A stretch of DNA of 64,000 nt, from assembly GCF_009914755.1 (NCBI RefSeq), contig NC_060925.1. One strand, given 5' to 3'. Shown piece by piece: positions 10,430 through 23,329 of the stretch; position 1 is the stretch's first letter, and every line of letters starts with the position of its first letter. The DNA is from the human T2T-CHM13v2.0 reference genome, Homo sapiens. Made by a program: the position numbers and the translations under genes. Under the pieces are notes generated by a model. It had not been told where the DNA came from, ran no database searches, and saw only the letters and a program-made list of their open reading frames with translations.

Positions 10430-12090
10430 GACTACCCTGACTCCCTCAGGAAGTGGTAAAGTCCAGCCCACATGCTGTGCTAAGGAGTGGGAAGACACCA
10501 CTGTAAAGGCATTGTTTCCTCCCAACTGGTGATTGGTACTCCAGTCAATCAGGTGACTTGAGGGAGCCCACATTAATTTTACCTTGTTCCCTGTGTATCG
10601 AACTTCTGAGGCCAGACACCTTGCTGTGTCACTATGTCACTTTGCTTACTCTGAGTGCAAATGCATGCATTCAGTGTCACAGAACTATGAATCTGGAACT
10701 GTATGGAGGTGGTAGGGTGACCCCAAGGTCCCTGACAAGATAACTGGCCTCAAGTATGGCACCGAGAGTAAGGATACTTCCAGAACAAGGAGACACCCCT
10801 TTTCTATTTGAAAGGAGATGACTGAAATCATGAGAGGCAGAATATGGATACATAGTAATTGAACTTGAATATTTCCAGAAGAATTGTCACCTAGGCCACT
10901 TAGTCCTTTGATGTGTTTCTCACAGGTGGTGACCATCTCAGCTAATCTGTCATGATGCTGGAGTTACTACTTTGTACTGAATGGGCTGGTGAAGAGTTGG
11001 TAGCCACTTACTGTATCCTGATAACACCAACGTTTTTGCCTACTTCTGGTGCCTTCTGGCAAACTCCAGTGAATTATACCACATAGCACCCCACCAGTGT
11101 AACTATCAACAATGAATCATAGGACTGGAGACTGAACAAGCCATGCAGTCTTCCTCTTTTCAGGAATCATTAGAGAAGGCTTGAGAATAATGCTGCAAAT
11201 TTTAGTTAACATTTGGTCAACCCCTGGGCTACAGCTCCAGATGCTGCTGACATGGCTATACTTTTCAAACTGGAGAATATGCCCCTCCTGGTTGTTATTA
11301 TGAATGGAATTCCCCTCAGTCTTTGGGTGAGAATGACCTGCCTCCTGGGGGTAGTCAACTATTACTAACCATCTTCCCATGTCTCTTAAAGTGATGTCAG
11401 TGACTGGTCTCATAGCTCTCAGGATTGAAATAGTATATATTTCTGACATGGAGGTATAGTGCATAGACACCACCTTTTGGATTCAGAAGGCAGATTGGGA
11501 GTAAAGGATTAACCTGTTTAAGACTCATTTCTTGTAGGACTCCAGCAAAGCTCCATGGAAACTGGCTATAGCCCAGGGCTTTGGTCAATAAATGCTAATC
11601 AATCAGAAGGCTTAGACCCCAGGAACCTGACCAGACCATGGGAGGGTCTAACGTTTCTCCAAACAATAATGCTGTTATAGAAAATCCTGCCAGTAAACAA
11701 CCACATCATACAGTTGCAACTCCAAGTCTTAGATCTCAGTTCCCTGTTCACATCAGAAGTAGGACTGGTGCTTCATCAGCCATAAACATGGAGCTTGCAG
11801 AACAGGGCTAGAGCAAAGCTCCACCACTCAAATGCTGTTGAATCAAGGCACTAATTGTGTCAGGTGAAGGGCTGATGCTTCCTTGGTCAGACAGCTTAAA
11901 AGTCCCACAGACCAAGGGCTGTAGTTCAATATCTGTGCTTGTTAGATCCTGGACCTTGACCGGAAATGCAATAACCAATGGAGAATCTGAACATATGTTA
12001 AAATGCCTATATCCAAGAATTTTTCCCAAGGAATGATGGCCTGGCAAGCCTAGTGTAGGTGCTGACTTGCTGGTCTGCCCTGTTTTGCTT
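10430..12090 (-). mobile_element. Highly degraded LTR-retroelement internal sequence (gag/protease-like; possibly MamGyp-type)
   Basis: Frameshifted L-I-D-(T)-G-V-P-I-T protease-like motif near 10530-10555 on the minus strand, with a degenerate zinc-knuckle-like stretch upstream. Confidence 0.3.
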
Positions 12091-12119
12091 TGTAGACAGT
12101 ATTCAATTCTGGTATTTTT

Positions 12120-12840
12120 TCCGCATACACACTTTCTTTCTTGATGGCATCATCAATTTCCATGGCTTTAAATGTCATCTATATGCTGCTGATTCTCAAA
12201 TATAAATTGTACTTGTACCTCTGACTTCTCTGACCTCAGGAATTACATCCCTAACTACTTACTTGACATTCCATCTGAATGTTATACAGACATCCCAGAC
12301 TTGATATGTCTCAGACTAAAACACAATCTCATTTTCTCCACTGCTGCTACCTTTTCCATGCCATCCTTCTACCTGCCACATGGATGTCACCATCTCCCAC
12401 CCTGAACACAGATATTTCTTCTTCTATCCTTACCCTCCTCTGCCCTGTTCTCCTTATGGTAGACAAAGGGATCTTTCAAAAATGTAAACCAGGTCATCCT
12501 ATTCCACTGCTTATTGGTACAATAACTGCACAAGTGCTAAATTTATATGGCAAAAAGGCCCCCAACTACCTTCATGATGAAAATTGCCTCATCCTTCAAG
12601 ACTCATTTGACAGTAATCTCTTTTTTTTAAGCACCTGTCCTTTTTATGTTGTCTAAAGGAAATTCTCATCCTTATTCTCATACCTTTCACAATTTTTAAT
12701 TATGTAATTGGCTTAATTGTTTGATTTCTCTGTTAGCTCTAGAAAAGCAAATATCATATCTGTCTTATTCATCATTATTTTTGCAGATTTGGGACAATGG
12801 CCAGTACATAGTAAGTGCTCAATAAATATTTGTAGAGTAA
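12120..12840 (+). mobile_element. L2 LINE 3' portion
   Basis: 'ttccatggctttaaatgtcatctatatgctgctgattctcaaat' and 3' end 'catagtaagtgctcaataaatatttg'. Confidence 0.85.
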
Positions 12841-13379
12841 AATAATAAGCACGTTTCTAGTTGTGTTTACTGAGCAGGTCCTTAGAGTATTACTTGATTG
12901 CCTTTTTTACTTCAGCTAATATTTGTCTCTCAGATGATGGCCTTTTTTAACAAAGAAATAATTTTACTTTTAATCACTCTAGGGGAGTTGAATGTGTACT
13001 AAGGTAAGGAAAACAGCCCTATCTATGCAGATGTAGATGGTGGGATAATAATATTCGCTTCCTAGCTCTGCAGCTCAACTCACCTTGCACCTTTCTACTT
13101 CAACACAATTGAAAACTGCTTCATAAGTCTTTGGATTGCTTAAGAACAGTTAAAACTATAAATAGGAAATCTATGCATGCAAGGAGTTCCATATGAAGTT
13201 TTTAATAAAGATTTGTATTTTAAAAATGGCTTCATTATGTCATTATTAAAACTTAGTTGGAGACTAAGTTCAATTAACTTTTTCATAAAGAGTTAGTGGG
13301 TGGTATATACTGGTCCTTTGCCTCTATGAGAACGATTTGAATTTGGGGTAACATTCCTTCCTCTCACAGCTACCACAAT

Positions 13380-13860
13380 TCCAGATGTGGCTCCCTTGTA
13401 TTCCAGCATTTATTATTGAAAAAAATTAAAATGTCTGTTGCCAACTAGTATTACTTCTTCTGTAGATAAGCTCTTCATTTGTTTTCTTACTTTTGTTGGG
13501 GGTACTCATGAGAATTTTTCCCCTTTATAATTCAAACCTTGTGCCTAACTATATATAAGTATCATTTTATTAATTTTACCTATTTGAGATCTTTTCTAAA
13601 AATCAAGAAATATTTTCATTATCTTTCCTAATTTAACCTGCTTCCAATGTTTGGAACACTTTTCAAAAGCATTTCTAATTATCTGATAAAGCTTCTGTGT
13701 TCTATCTTCTATATTCATAATCCTCTTTCACATTTTCTTATTTCCTCTGCATTTTTGAAGAGCTTCTCAAGTTACTCTTGCCAATGGTGATTTACTTTTT
13801 TTCTCAGCATCAATTCTGTTCCTAAGTACCTCTGATATAAAGTCAAATTCTTCCTCAGAA
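13380..13860 (-). mobile_element. Old L1M/HAL1 fragment
   Basis: T-rich antisense L1 ORF1-region-like sequence ('ttccagcatttattattgaaaa...tctgttgccaactag'). Confidence 0.45.
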
Positions 13861-15129
13861 GGTCCTGACTTATAGTTGCTAGACTTGTACCTCCTCCTTT
13901 CCACAATTTTTATGATATTGCTTTTCAGGATGACAATAATGCTCCCAGATAGTATTAAGGAACATCTAATGACTGTGAATGATACCAACACCAATGCTAT
14001 CACCATGCCAAGTCAATTATCACACTTGGTTAGCTGGTGAGGAGTATCCTGCAAACATACTTAAGCTGTGAGAATCTCATTCACACAAGCTCTATAGTGA
14101 GGCTCTTATTGAAATAGAAGGGAAAACAATGTTCTGAGGATAGGTAAAAGATGAGAATCTCCTCTGAGTGGACCAAGTAGAGAGAAATGCACTGCCTTTG
14201 GGCAGGCCTGGCCCTGCACATGAGCAGAAGGTACCTATGGGGTACATAGTCTCATGCCAAAGAGCACAGCTTGGGGAATGGCACAAGGGCTGGATCCCAG
14301 CTCCTACTTGCTCCCTTGGCTGGGCACCTGCGCAGTAAGCAAAATGTGCAAATGTACATTTTGGCAGCTCTGGTTCCTGTTGCTCCTAAGGCCAGCACTA
14401 TCATTTCATGATTTGGTTTTTCGAGTCAATACATCTATCTTTGTTTGTTTAAAAGAATTTCATCACTTGCAACTGAATGAATTTAGTTGGTTTGTACATA
14501 TGATATGAGTATTTCTCCAAACACTAACAGAAAAGATGCAGAAAGTGTTGGCATGAGCCATTTGCTGAGGAAGGATAGGATGTCTGGGAATAACTATTGT
14601 TAATACAGTCTCAGATGACATCATTAATGGGCATATAACATGGTAAGGAGAAACCTGTGAGCTGAGGTTACACATATTATCCAAGAACAGGCTATCAGGG
14701 CAATGAGCCCCTGAGCTACCATCTCATAGTACCTTAAGGCTGGGAATGAGGGCCATTTCCTTGGTTATAAGGACCAACTTAAGACAGAGTGCAGTGTATT
14801 ATTTGTAGCATGTTGAGAATTCAGAAGGGGAAGGACTTAAAAACATGTTTTCTAGTAGACAGTAGAGGCCTTTCCTGGTTACTACTGAGACCCAATAAAT
14901 CTATCCAGTTCCTGGGCTTCTGTCTTACCCCAATATAGATAGACCACCATGCAACAGCCCAGTCTGACCCTTTCTGTCAAGAAATGAAAAGGAAGGAAGG
15001 AAGGATGGAAAGACGGAAGGCAGGCAGGCATAAGATTAAAATACTGATATCAGGTTAAAATATTACTATCCTCAGAGATAGCTGCATTACAAATGTGGCG
15101 GGGTGGGGAGACATTACGTCAAGCTACTA

Positions 15130-15500
15130 GAATTAAGCTAAAAGTATAAACTCCTTGGACAACTGAATTTAGTTAGTATTTGTATCCCCTGTGCCTAGCA
15201 AAGTGCAGAGCATAGAGTAGGTAGTCAAAATATGTTTCCTGATTGGGAAAATCCATGTTGAATGCACGAGCAAGTGAGCTGGGAAGAACTGCAGCAGTGC
15301 CTACTCAATGCTCCTGAAACCACACCGCTTCAGTGAAGCTACCCATGCCCATTCCTCAGAGGCTTGGATTTGTCTTTTGTAGTCTGATCAGACTGCACAC
15401 ACTTCCATTAGCACTTATATCTGCTATATTATTTTTCTGCATGAATGTCCTCATTGGTTATGAGTTTTTGTCTTTATATCCCCAGCACCTATCTACTAAA
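15130..15500 (+). mobile_element. Two L2 3'-end fragments
   Basis: 'tttgtatcccctgtgcctagcaaagtgcagagcatagagtaggtagtcaaaatatgttt' and 'tctttatatccccagcacct'. Confidence 0.6.
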
Positions 15501-15553
15501 AGTAAGAGCTGATTATCTTTGTTTCTTCAGCACCTATCTACTAAAAGTAAGAG
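15483..15553 (+). repeat. 26-bp exact direct repeat with 19-bp spacer
   Basis: CAGCACCTATCTACTAAAAGTAAGAG at 15483-15508 and 15528-15553. Confidence 0.95.
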
Positions 15554-15764
15554 TAACAAATGAAAAAAGAGGGAGAGAGGGAGGGAGGGAGAGAGGGAGA
15601 CAACCTCCCAGTCTGACCTATTAAAACTAGAGTTAACAGAGTTCTTGTATCTCTGAGGGTTGAGATGTTGAGTTGCGGCTGCAGCAGCTGACTCTGAGCA
15701 TCCTTCTCTCAAATCCACGACAATGAAAAGTTGAAGGCAATTCACGCTTTGCAATTGAGAAACT

Positions 15765-16160
15765 ATGAAACAGCTTTTGTTGTGTAACAAACTACCCCCA
15801 AAAATTAATAGCTTAAAACAACCATAAGTGTTTACTTAGCCAAGTTTGTGGACTGACTGACTTAGGCTAGGCTTAACAGAATTGTTTAGTTAGCCTTGGC
15901 TTGGCTCCCTCACCTCTCTGTGGCCAGCTGGGGTTCACTGTCTTTGGCTGAGTAGGGCTGGGGGTGTGTATACTCCACGTGCCTCTCATCATCATCCTGG
16001 GACCAGCAAAGTAATCCAGTTGGCCCTCTTCATAGGGCTGGCAGAGGTACAAGTGCAAGCCGAATCATGCAAGCATTTTCAAGACTCTGCTTGAGTTACA
16101 TCTGCTAACATCCCATTGACCAAAGGGGTAAAGCAGTGGGACCATTAATGTAATCTACCC
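15765..16160 (-). mobile_element. MaLR LTR (MLT1I/J-like)
   Basis: 'gtaacaaactacccccaaaaattaatagcttaaaacaacca' and 'catctgctaacatcccattgaccaaag'. Confidence 0.75.
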
Positions 16161-16416
16161 AATTGCATTAATCTAACTGATTAACCTAATGAAGAGGCTC
16201 TTCATCCCTGTGAGAGCAAACAATTGTTTTAAAAGCTCATCTCAGACATACCATTGTGTGGCATGAAAATAAATGCTTAATTTGAGAGAGAAAAAATCTA
16301 AAGCTTTTAGTAGGGAAAAAAAATAAACCTAGCTTTGGTAGAAATTTAAATCACCAATCACAAAGTTAAATCTTCTTTCTAAAACCATAAGTGGTAATAT
16401 ATTGGTCAAAAATAAT

Positions 16417-17186
16417 TGTCATAGGTCCAGGATTTTACCTTACCTGCATGCTAGCAAGTTAGCCTGCCACAATTTCATGGATATTGGTAAAAGATATTGG
16501 GCTCCTGGGCCAGAAATAAAGGATATTTTTATTAATCTCAGCAACAGCAGCATCAGCAGCAGCCAGAGAACCATCATTTTTGCCTCAGTACCCCAAGCCC
16601 AATTCCCATAATGCAAAGCTTAGAGGGCCAGGTGACACCTGCATACTTAGTGTGTTGTGTTGCAGGAGAGGAAAAGGGAGTTTAGGGAACCCAAACCCTA
16701 CCTAATAAACAGTAAGCATCCTGCCGGGTGCGGTGGCTCACACCTGTAATCCCAGCACTTTGGGAGGCCAAGGTGGATAGATCATGAGGTCAGGAGTTCA
16801 AGACCAGCCTGGCCAAGATGGTGAAACCCCGTCTCTACTAAAAATACAAAAAATTAGCTGGGCGTGGTGGCGGGCACCTGTAGTCCCAGCTACTAGGAAG
16901 GCTGAGGCAGGAGAACAGCATGAACCTGGGAGGCGGGGCTTGCAGTGAGCCAAAATAGCGCCACTGCAGTCCGGCCTGGGCGACCCAGCAAGACTGTGTC
17001 TTAAAAATAAATAAATAAATAAACAGTAAGCATCCTTCCCTTACTGTGGAAAAAGACACCATGTCTGTCTTCCAAGGCTGTTGGCTAAATAAACGTCACT
17101 GTAAAGATAGGAACAAAGACAATCAGTGCCTCCTTTCACAAAATGTCTGGACATGCAAGAGATTCATGGAGAATTGTGTCTCAACA
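16417..17186 (-). mobile_element. ERVL solo LTR (LTR40-like) interrupted by an Alu
   Basis: Reverse strand begins tgttgagacacaattctccatgaatctc, like LTR40; TG/CA termini. Confidence 0.8.
16723..17017 (+). mobile_element. Alu with S-like left arm and Y-like right arm; 19-bp TSD
   Basis: TSD AATAAACAGTAAGCATCCT at 16704-16722 and 17018-17036. Confidence 0.95.
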
Positions 17187-17469
17187 ATATAAAATTATCT
17201 TCGCCCTTCCACGCTGGCCTTGGCCGGAGCCAGGATTCAAGTAGGGCTTTCATTTCTGTTTTGGATGCCAACACTACCCGTGGACCAGGGTAACATGCGT
17301 AGTCAGAATAATATAAGGCAAATACCAATCAGCTTCCATGCTGCAATCTTCGCTCTCAAACTGTTTGAGTTCCTTAGCTGGAGCAAGGCTTATCTATCTT
17401 TGAGTCTCAGTTACCCTATCTGTGAAGTAAAGGGTAAAGTCTACAGCATCTTCCTTCCAGATCCTCTTT

Positions 17470-17766
17470 CCTAGGTTGGAGTACCCATCTGTCAGCAGCT
17501 GAGAGTGTTGGACAGTAATCCTCTGTGGGAAATTGCCCTTAGCCAAACAGAAGCCTCTTACTCAAGATGTTAAGCCATGCCCACCACTATGCCAAAGGAA
17601 ATTTATGCTCCCAAGCTCCAGTGGGATCAGGGACCAAATGCTTACTTAGCTCTTTCCCCTGTCCTACTTCCCTCACTCCCTTTCTCCTTAGAGCATTGTC
17701 TCTGTAAATCACATGCACTGAAATCCATGACTCAGACTCTGCTTTTAGGAAATTTAACTTTAGAGT
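17470..17766 (+). mobile_element. ERVL LTR (LTR16-like) fragment
   Basis: 3' end 'taaatcacatgcactgaaatccatgactcagactctgcttttaggaaatttaactttaga'. Confidence 0.6.
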
Positions 17767-18106
17767 AATAGCTGCCTCAGAGGGCTATGATCAAACATAA
17801 CTGGGTACAGTTCAGAATGAAAGGAGTAATAATAGTTTTCCTACCATTTCTGCCTGTAACGCCCAGTATAATGTTGTACTCTAATTGTCCTGGTCTGTGT
17901 AGCTGCTCTTCCCATCTAAGCTGGCCTCTGGTCAGCCAGTTCTATCAGGCCCAAGAGTGAGTGCCAGGCCCCTACCTCCTATTTAGCTGGTCATGGTCTT
18001 TTCTAAGGCATGCCTGTTCTGCTCCCATCATGGTCTTGGATGACCTACACCAGCAAAATTCTGAGTCATCCAGAGAAGTCATATAGCCTCCAAACAAAGC
18101 CATGTG

Positions 18107-18128
18107 GTGTGCGTGCATGCGCGCGCGC

Positions 18129-18190
<62 letters not shown>

Positions 18191-18191
18191 C
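18107..18191. repeat. Compound microsatellite (GT/GC)n-(GT)n-(GA)n-(GAGACA)n
   Basis: Read directly from the sequence. Confidence 0.95.
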
Positions 18192-20199
18192 CAATAAAGA
18201 AACTGAACCTGAAACATACTCTGCTATAGCAGTGCATATAACCTAAAGTAAAAAATTATTTTCCAGGCTATTTGAACCTGGAATCATGTCAAGAAAGACA
18301 GTTGTTTACTGGGACTGTGCCTAGCTTTCTGATCACTGCAGTTACCCACTGTTACTCCAACTTACACAAAAATTTATACAGATATACAGCAACAATGCCT
18401 CTGGCAATGCCAGTGTCTGGAAAGTGGCCTGTCCTCTTCCTTGGTACTTACGTACCATTAATGCTAGTTTCTGGATTAATCAGATTCTACTGTAGTTGCA
18501 AGGAGTCAACCATTTCTTAATCTGTGCAGTTAACTGCTTAGGTAAAAATATCAAACCAGATTCTTCTTACCAAAACTTTGAGTCATTTTTACAATTCTTT
18601 AATTTCTGTTTCCGGCACTCTTCCAAAATGAATTCACATGGCCTTCCTTTTGAATTCATGTGTTTGTCCCCAGAACTCATCTCAACTGCCACATTTCTAC
18701 TTGGGAAATGCTCTTTTGCCCTCCCCAAACTGCTTCCAGTCAGCTACGTCTCTCCTGAGTTCAATCAACCCACTTGACTCAGGTCTTTCTTTTTTCTGAC
18801 ACTTTTGCCATCTAAATAAAGAATATTCTGGACACAATGTACTGTACCCTTCAATGTGACACTCTGATTGGCAGCATTTTTTATTAGTGCAAAAGCCATG
18901 TCCCTAAAGTCAAAGCAGCCAAGGGTAAGCCACAGAAGTTCAGCTCACATCATCAATTCCATCCTGCTCCTTCATCCCCCACATATGCAGGCAGAACTGC
19001 ATTCAGTTTTCACTAGTTAGAAAAGGCAGAAAACTGGTATAGTCATCTAGGTAGATAATCTGGGCAAAATTCATCTCGTATATAGCATGTATCTCCCAGA
19101 GGGTCTCAAATCAAGCACAAATAAAATAGCATAAAATGGGCAAGGAATCACATCCCATCCATCCTAATAGATTTGGGAAGCATGTCTGGCTTCTCCACAG
19201 AGTCTCATTTTAGAAGCATAGAAGCTAGTCCCCAGAATGCAAATGCTTCTACTTGGAATGTTCTTTGACTCAACAAGGCAGCATCTGCATATTGGGAGAC
19301 CTGCTAGCACTAATTTATTTTGGAAGAGAAGAAGAAATTTGTGAGCAATTGGTGCTCAGAGTCATCTTACTTCCCAGTGCCTCAAAGGGAATCAGAGACG
19401 TGGCAAAGAGAACAGGCACAGATGCTGCTCAAGTGCTTCCTCTTTTAGAAAATTCAAATCACTCAGAACACCAAGATGCATTGATTCACTGCTCTGAATT
19501 GTATTTTTTTGCAAATCTAAAAATATTTACTCTTTTGTCAGGTCTTAGAAAATCAAGTTTTGAAAACCCATCCTTTTCCCCACGCCCATTTCTATAAACA
19601 TTCACAAAAATTCACGAGCGGTCAGGGATGAATAAAGACGTAGACTATTCTGTGGAAATCTGCACAGTGACAAAGGTTTTAGAATCTAGTTCTGGTAGTC
19701 AAGGAATAGAATTAAAAGTAAAACAATCCGCCTCCACATCTGGTAACAAGGCAAAAAACTGTCACTTGGTGAAGCTGCCTCAGAGGCATCAACATACAGT
19801 GAGAAGGCTTTTCTTTAATCTCATTTTACTCTGGTGTATGAGCATAGCTAATATCCACGTTAAGACATCTATTTATGCTGTCTAAAAGGCATTTGTCCAA
19901 AACATCCTGAAAATGAAAATGGATTATGAAATATTGATGAGATTGTAATAATAGAAAGTTCATAGTGTCCAGAAAACAGAGCAGGGATGTAAGAGTGTTT
20001 GTCCACCACTGTCCAAGATAAAACAACATTGTAAATACTGAACACTGTATTTAGTGCCTGAAGACCTGTGCTCTAGCATAGAGCAAGGACAGTATGTATA
20101 GCTTCTCTGCACATTTCCTGGGCATTTTTTTTTTTACTCTTATGGCTTCATTTACATAGAAAGTTAGATTATAGATAGATAGATAGATAGACTGATAGA

Positions 20200-20820
20200 T
20201 AACTCTCAAATCAAGCTCCACACCAATGTTAGACATTGCCACTTATGTAACTCATAGATGTCTCACAATTCATAAATCCAAAACTGAACTCAGTGTCTTC
20301 TCCTCAATGAACAAAATTTGGAGTTCCTTCTCCCTCAACTGTCGCAGTTAATCAACCAAATTCTGTTAATTCTTCACCCATAATACAGTTCAAACTCGTC
20401 CCTATCTCTTCATTTCCAATGTTACCACCTGAGGTCAGGCTACCACAGTCTATTTCATGAATTATTTCAACAGTCTTCTAAAGGGTCTCCCTGCTTCCAC
20501 CTTTCTTTCCAACAATTCATTTTTCTTCAAAACTCTCCCTTCACCCCAAAATGACTTTTAAAACAATAATTCATTATTGCATTCAGTCTGGCAATCCTTG
20601 CATTCTAAATTCCACCAAACTGGACAACTTGCAGTTCCCTGGAGAAATTACTCACTATTAACTCACTGTCTCCCCCAGCCCTTCCTCTCCTGTGTCACCT
20701 AAGTGGATTCCACTCATCTCTTGAGACTCCACTCAGACATGACCTGATCTGGAACATCTCCTTATAGCATTATTGATTACACATCACATACTGTGAGGGC
20801 CCTCTCTTGACAAGGCTCTT
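20200..20820 (+). mobile_element. L2 LINE fragment, preceded by a short (GATA)n
   Basis: 'atgtctcacaattcataaatccaaaactgaactcagtgtcttc' and 'caacagtcttctaaagggtctccctgcttccac'. Confidence 0.7.
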
Positions 20821-22054
20821 GATGATAAGTAACGTCTTACTTAATGGCTCAACAGGAATACATTCAATTTAAAAATTCTTTTGTAAAGTATGCGACATTT
20901 CTTGTAAAACTTTTTAGTTTCTTTTTATTCTGAACTCTTTGAGCAAATTCACATTAGTTGTTCTGTACCCTGTTACCTTGATATTGGAAGAAAATCTAAA
21001 CTAGAGGATGTAATAATTTCTAATACATGTTTTTATTGTATAAAGAGCTGAAATCTGAGATATCAATCAAACTCTATGCATAATCACTCATCATATATCA
21101 ATTCTGGCATTGCTTCCCCCACCCCACCAAGATGAACTGATGAAGGTGAGGGGCTAAAATGTCAAAGGAAAAGATACTCCCTGAACCTTGGCATATCTCC
21201 TCCACCCCAGGATATAAATCATGGGACCCTGCCAGGATGTTCTGTTTGTCTGGCTGCTTTAGGTGGCAAATATCACTGCAAGGGATGTGACAATAAAGCA
21301 AGCTCTGCCTAACATCAAGCGGTGAAGGAAATGGTGGCTGGCTGGCTGGCTGAATGCGGCAACAGATTTGCAGAGCCTTCTGCCTTCACCTCTGTAGAAA
21401 CTGTTCAAAAGTTTACATGTGATTTTCAGCTGGTACAAACAGAATCGCAAAGTAAATACCTTCCATTCCTCTCACAGATGTTCAATCAGTGGGAATCTAT
21501 CAGGTACAAAGGAAGCCATCTGTCTTTTCCACATACACCTATTGTTAGGAAATCTTAAGGGTCCTCTTAGCATTTGGCCTGCTCTGCTTATGGTAAAACA
21601 GCAGGGGTAGCCATTCCAGATCTGATCTTGGACACCGGACAAAGTGTAGGAAAAAAAAACCACTAAGATGATTAAAATACATACACACACTTATTTGTAT
21701 CAAAAGAAGACAATGTCTTCAAATGTAGCAAATTACCAGGAGCTATGGGTCTATACAGATGAGAAGCCAGCAACAGTTTTCAACTCTACTTCTCAGAGAC
21801 ATTTAAAGAAAAATGTAAGCATTATTAAATACTAGAATGATTTGTCCAAAATGAGGAATACAATCTCTTATTCCAAAGAGCTATAAAAAAGAAGATAATC
21901 AATCTACTTGAGAAGCCAATTGTTGGCATACCTAAAGGCAGGGAAATGGCCTCTATGGACTCTTAGATTCTCCTCTGGCTTTGTGATTCTATAAATCCTT
22001 CTAATAAAAATATTGTCAGACATACCAAGTGATTTATGTTTATTTTTGTCTCTG

Positions 22055-22057
<3 letters not shown>

Positions 22058-22086
<29 letters not shown>
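22058..22086. repeat. (CA)n microsatellite, ~14 units
   Basis: Read directly from the sequence. Confidence 0.95.
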
Positions 22087-22089
22087 AGT

Positions 22090-22106
22090 CACCAGCAGGT
22101 GGCTCA
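22090..22106 (+). promoter_or_regulatory. Candidate CTCF motif
   Basis: CCAGCAGGTGGCTC matches 13/14 positions of the CTCF core CCASYAGRKGGCRS. Confidence 0.4.
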
Positions 22107-23329
22107 TCTGGGGACTTAGTTTTCCAGAGGAATTAGGCCTTTATCAATACCCAGTGGCCACCTTGTAGTATTTGACTGACAGCTGCAAATGAAACCCTAA
22201 AATCAAATTATAAATCAGGAGAATATATCCGGAGTGGCTGTTTTTCCTAACGTTGACTAGGGACACCCCCTTATGCTATCAGCCAACCTGAGCAAGTATA
22301 TGATAATAACAATAATGTACTTGTTGCTAAAAATTTAACACCAAGATTTTGAAAGGTGGACAGAATCGAATACAAAAAAACACTGAGAAAACCAATGAAA
22401 GCTGCCCATACTCATAAGGGGAGAAAAGACAATGCCAGATTCTTCTACTCTTTGGAGAAAATGGAAAACAAGAGATATTTTAGAGTTCTATTGAGTGAAA
22501 TTCTGATAATCTCACTTTAAAGCACCGTAAGGGAGGCTGTAAAAAAAGACAATAAAAACCCCAAATTTTTAGAATTAGGATGAAAAGCTCACTAAATTTT
22601 AACATATGTTTATGGATCTTTGACCATGATAACCAGAGTCCTACAAAACGTGAAATCATTAATATACTCTGTACTCAGCATTATATGTTTAACATTGCAC
22701 ATAGTTATTTGTATATCCTTACATCTGTTCAGTAATTACTGGCAATAAGTATGTATCCCTTCAAAAATATAAATTAAAGGTTAAAATATATGTATCTGAC
22801 AAATGTATATGAAATACTACAACTGCTATGGAAATTTATTTTAATAAATCTTTGAGTTTGTAATAAATTTGCCCCATTTCAATATTTTCAAAGTACTTTT
22901 CTGACATTATTTGTTGCCAAAAAAAGCAAGGTTTGAAAAGAGAAGGAATAAATGCACTCTAGTTTTTAGGTGAGAAAACAGTGTTGACCTGAAATCGCTG
23001 GCTTTGCTTCCACCTTGGTGAAATGGGTATTTAGGGGAACAATAACAGGGAAGACAAGGGGGAGAGGATACTTCTATCCCTCTGCAATCTGATTCACCAT
23101 TTTCTCCCATCTTCACACCCTTATAGCCCAGCCTTAGAAAGCACCAGGGATTCCGAAATCCTGGACAAGTTCTTAGTCAATGCAGACATCATGGCCACAC
23201 TTTAGAGATCTATGCCAGACCTTGCCCTCTTTCACAGTCTATGCTGTTCCACAGCTGAAAACCTGTCACCCCAGAACAGCTAACTAAACTCTAGGAGTGC
23301 AGTACTGTGGAAGACTATGCAGCAGTCAT

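Noticed and set aside
13156-13165. Perfect MEF2 site CTATAAATAG (also CTAAAAATAA at 25441)
   Set aside because: Isolated AT-rich 10-mers are expected by chance in 64 kb of AT-rich DNA.
21459-21540. Possible minus-strand exon (aatag|...gaag|gtattt)
   Set aside because: Stops in all three frames and only moderate splice sites; cannot be supported without transcripts.
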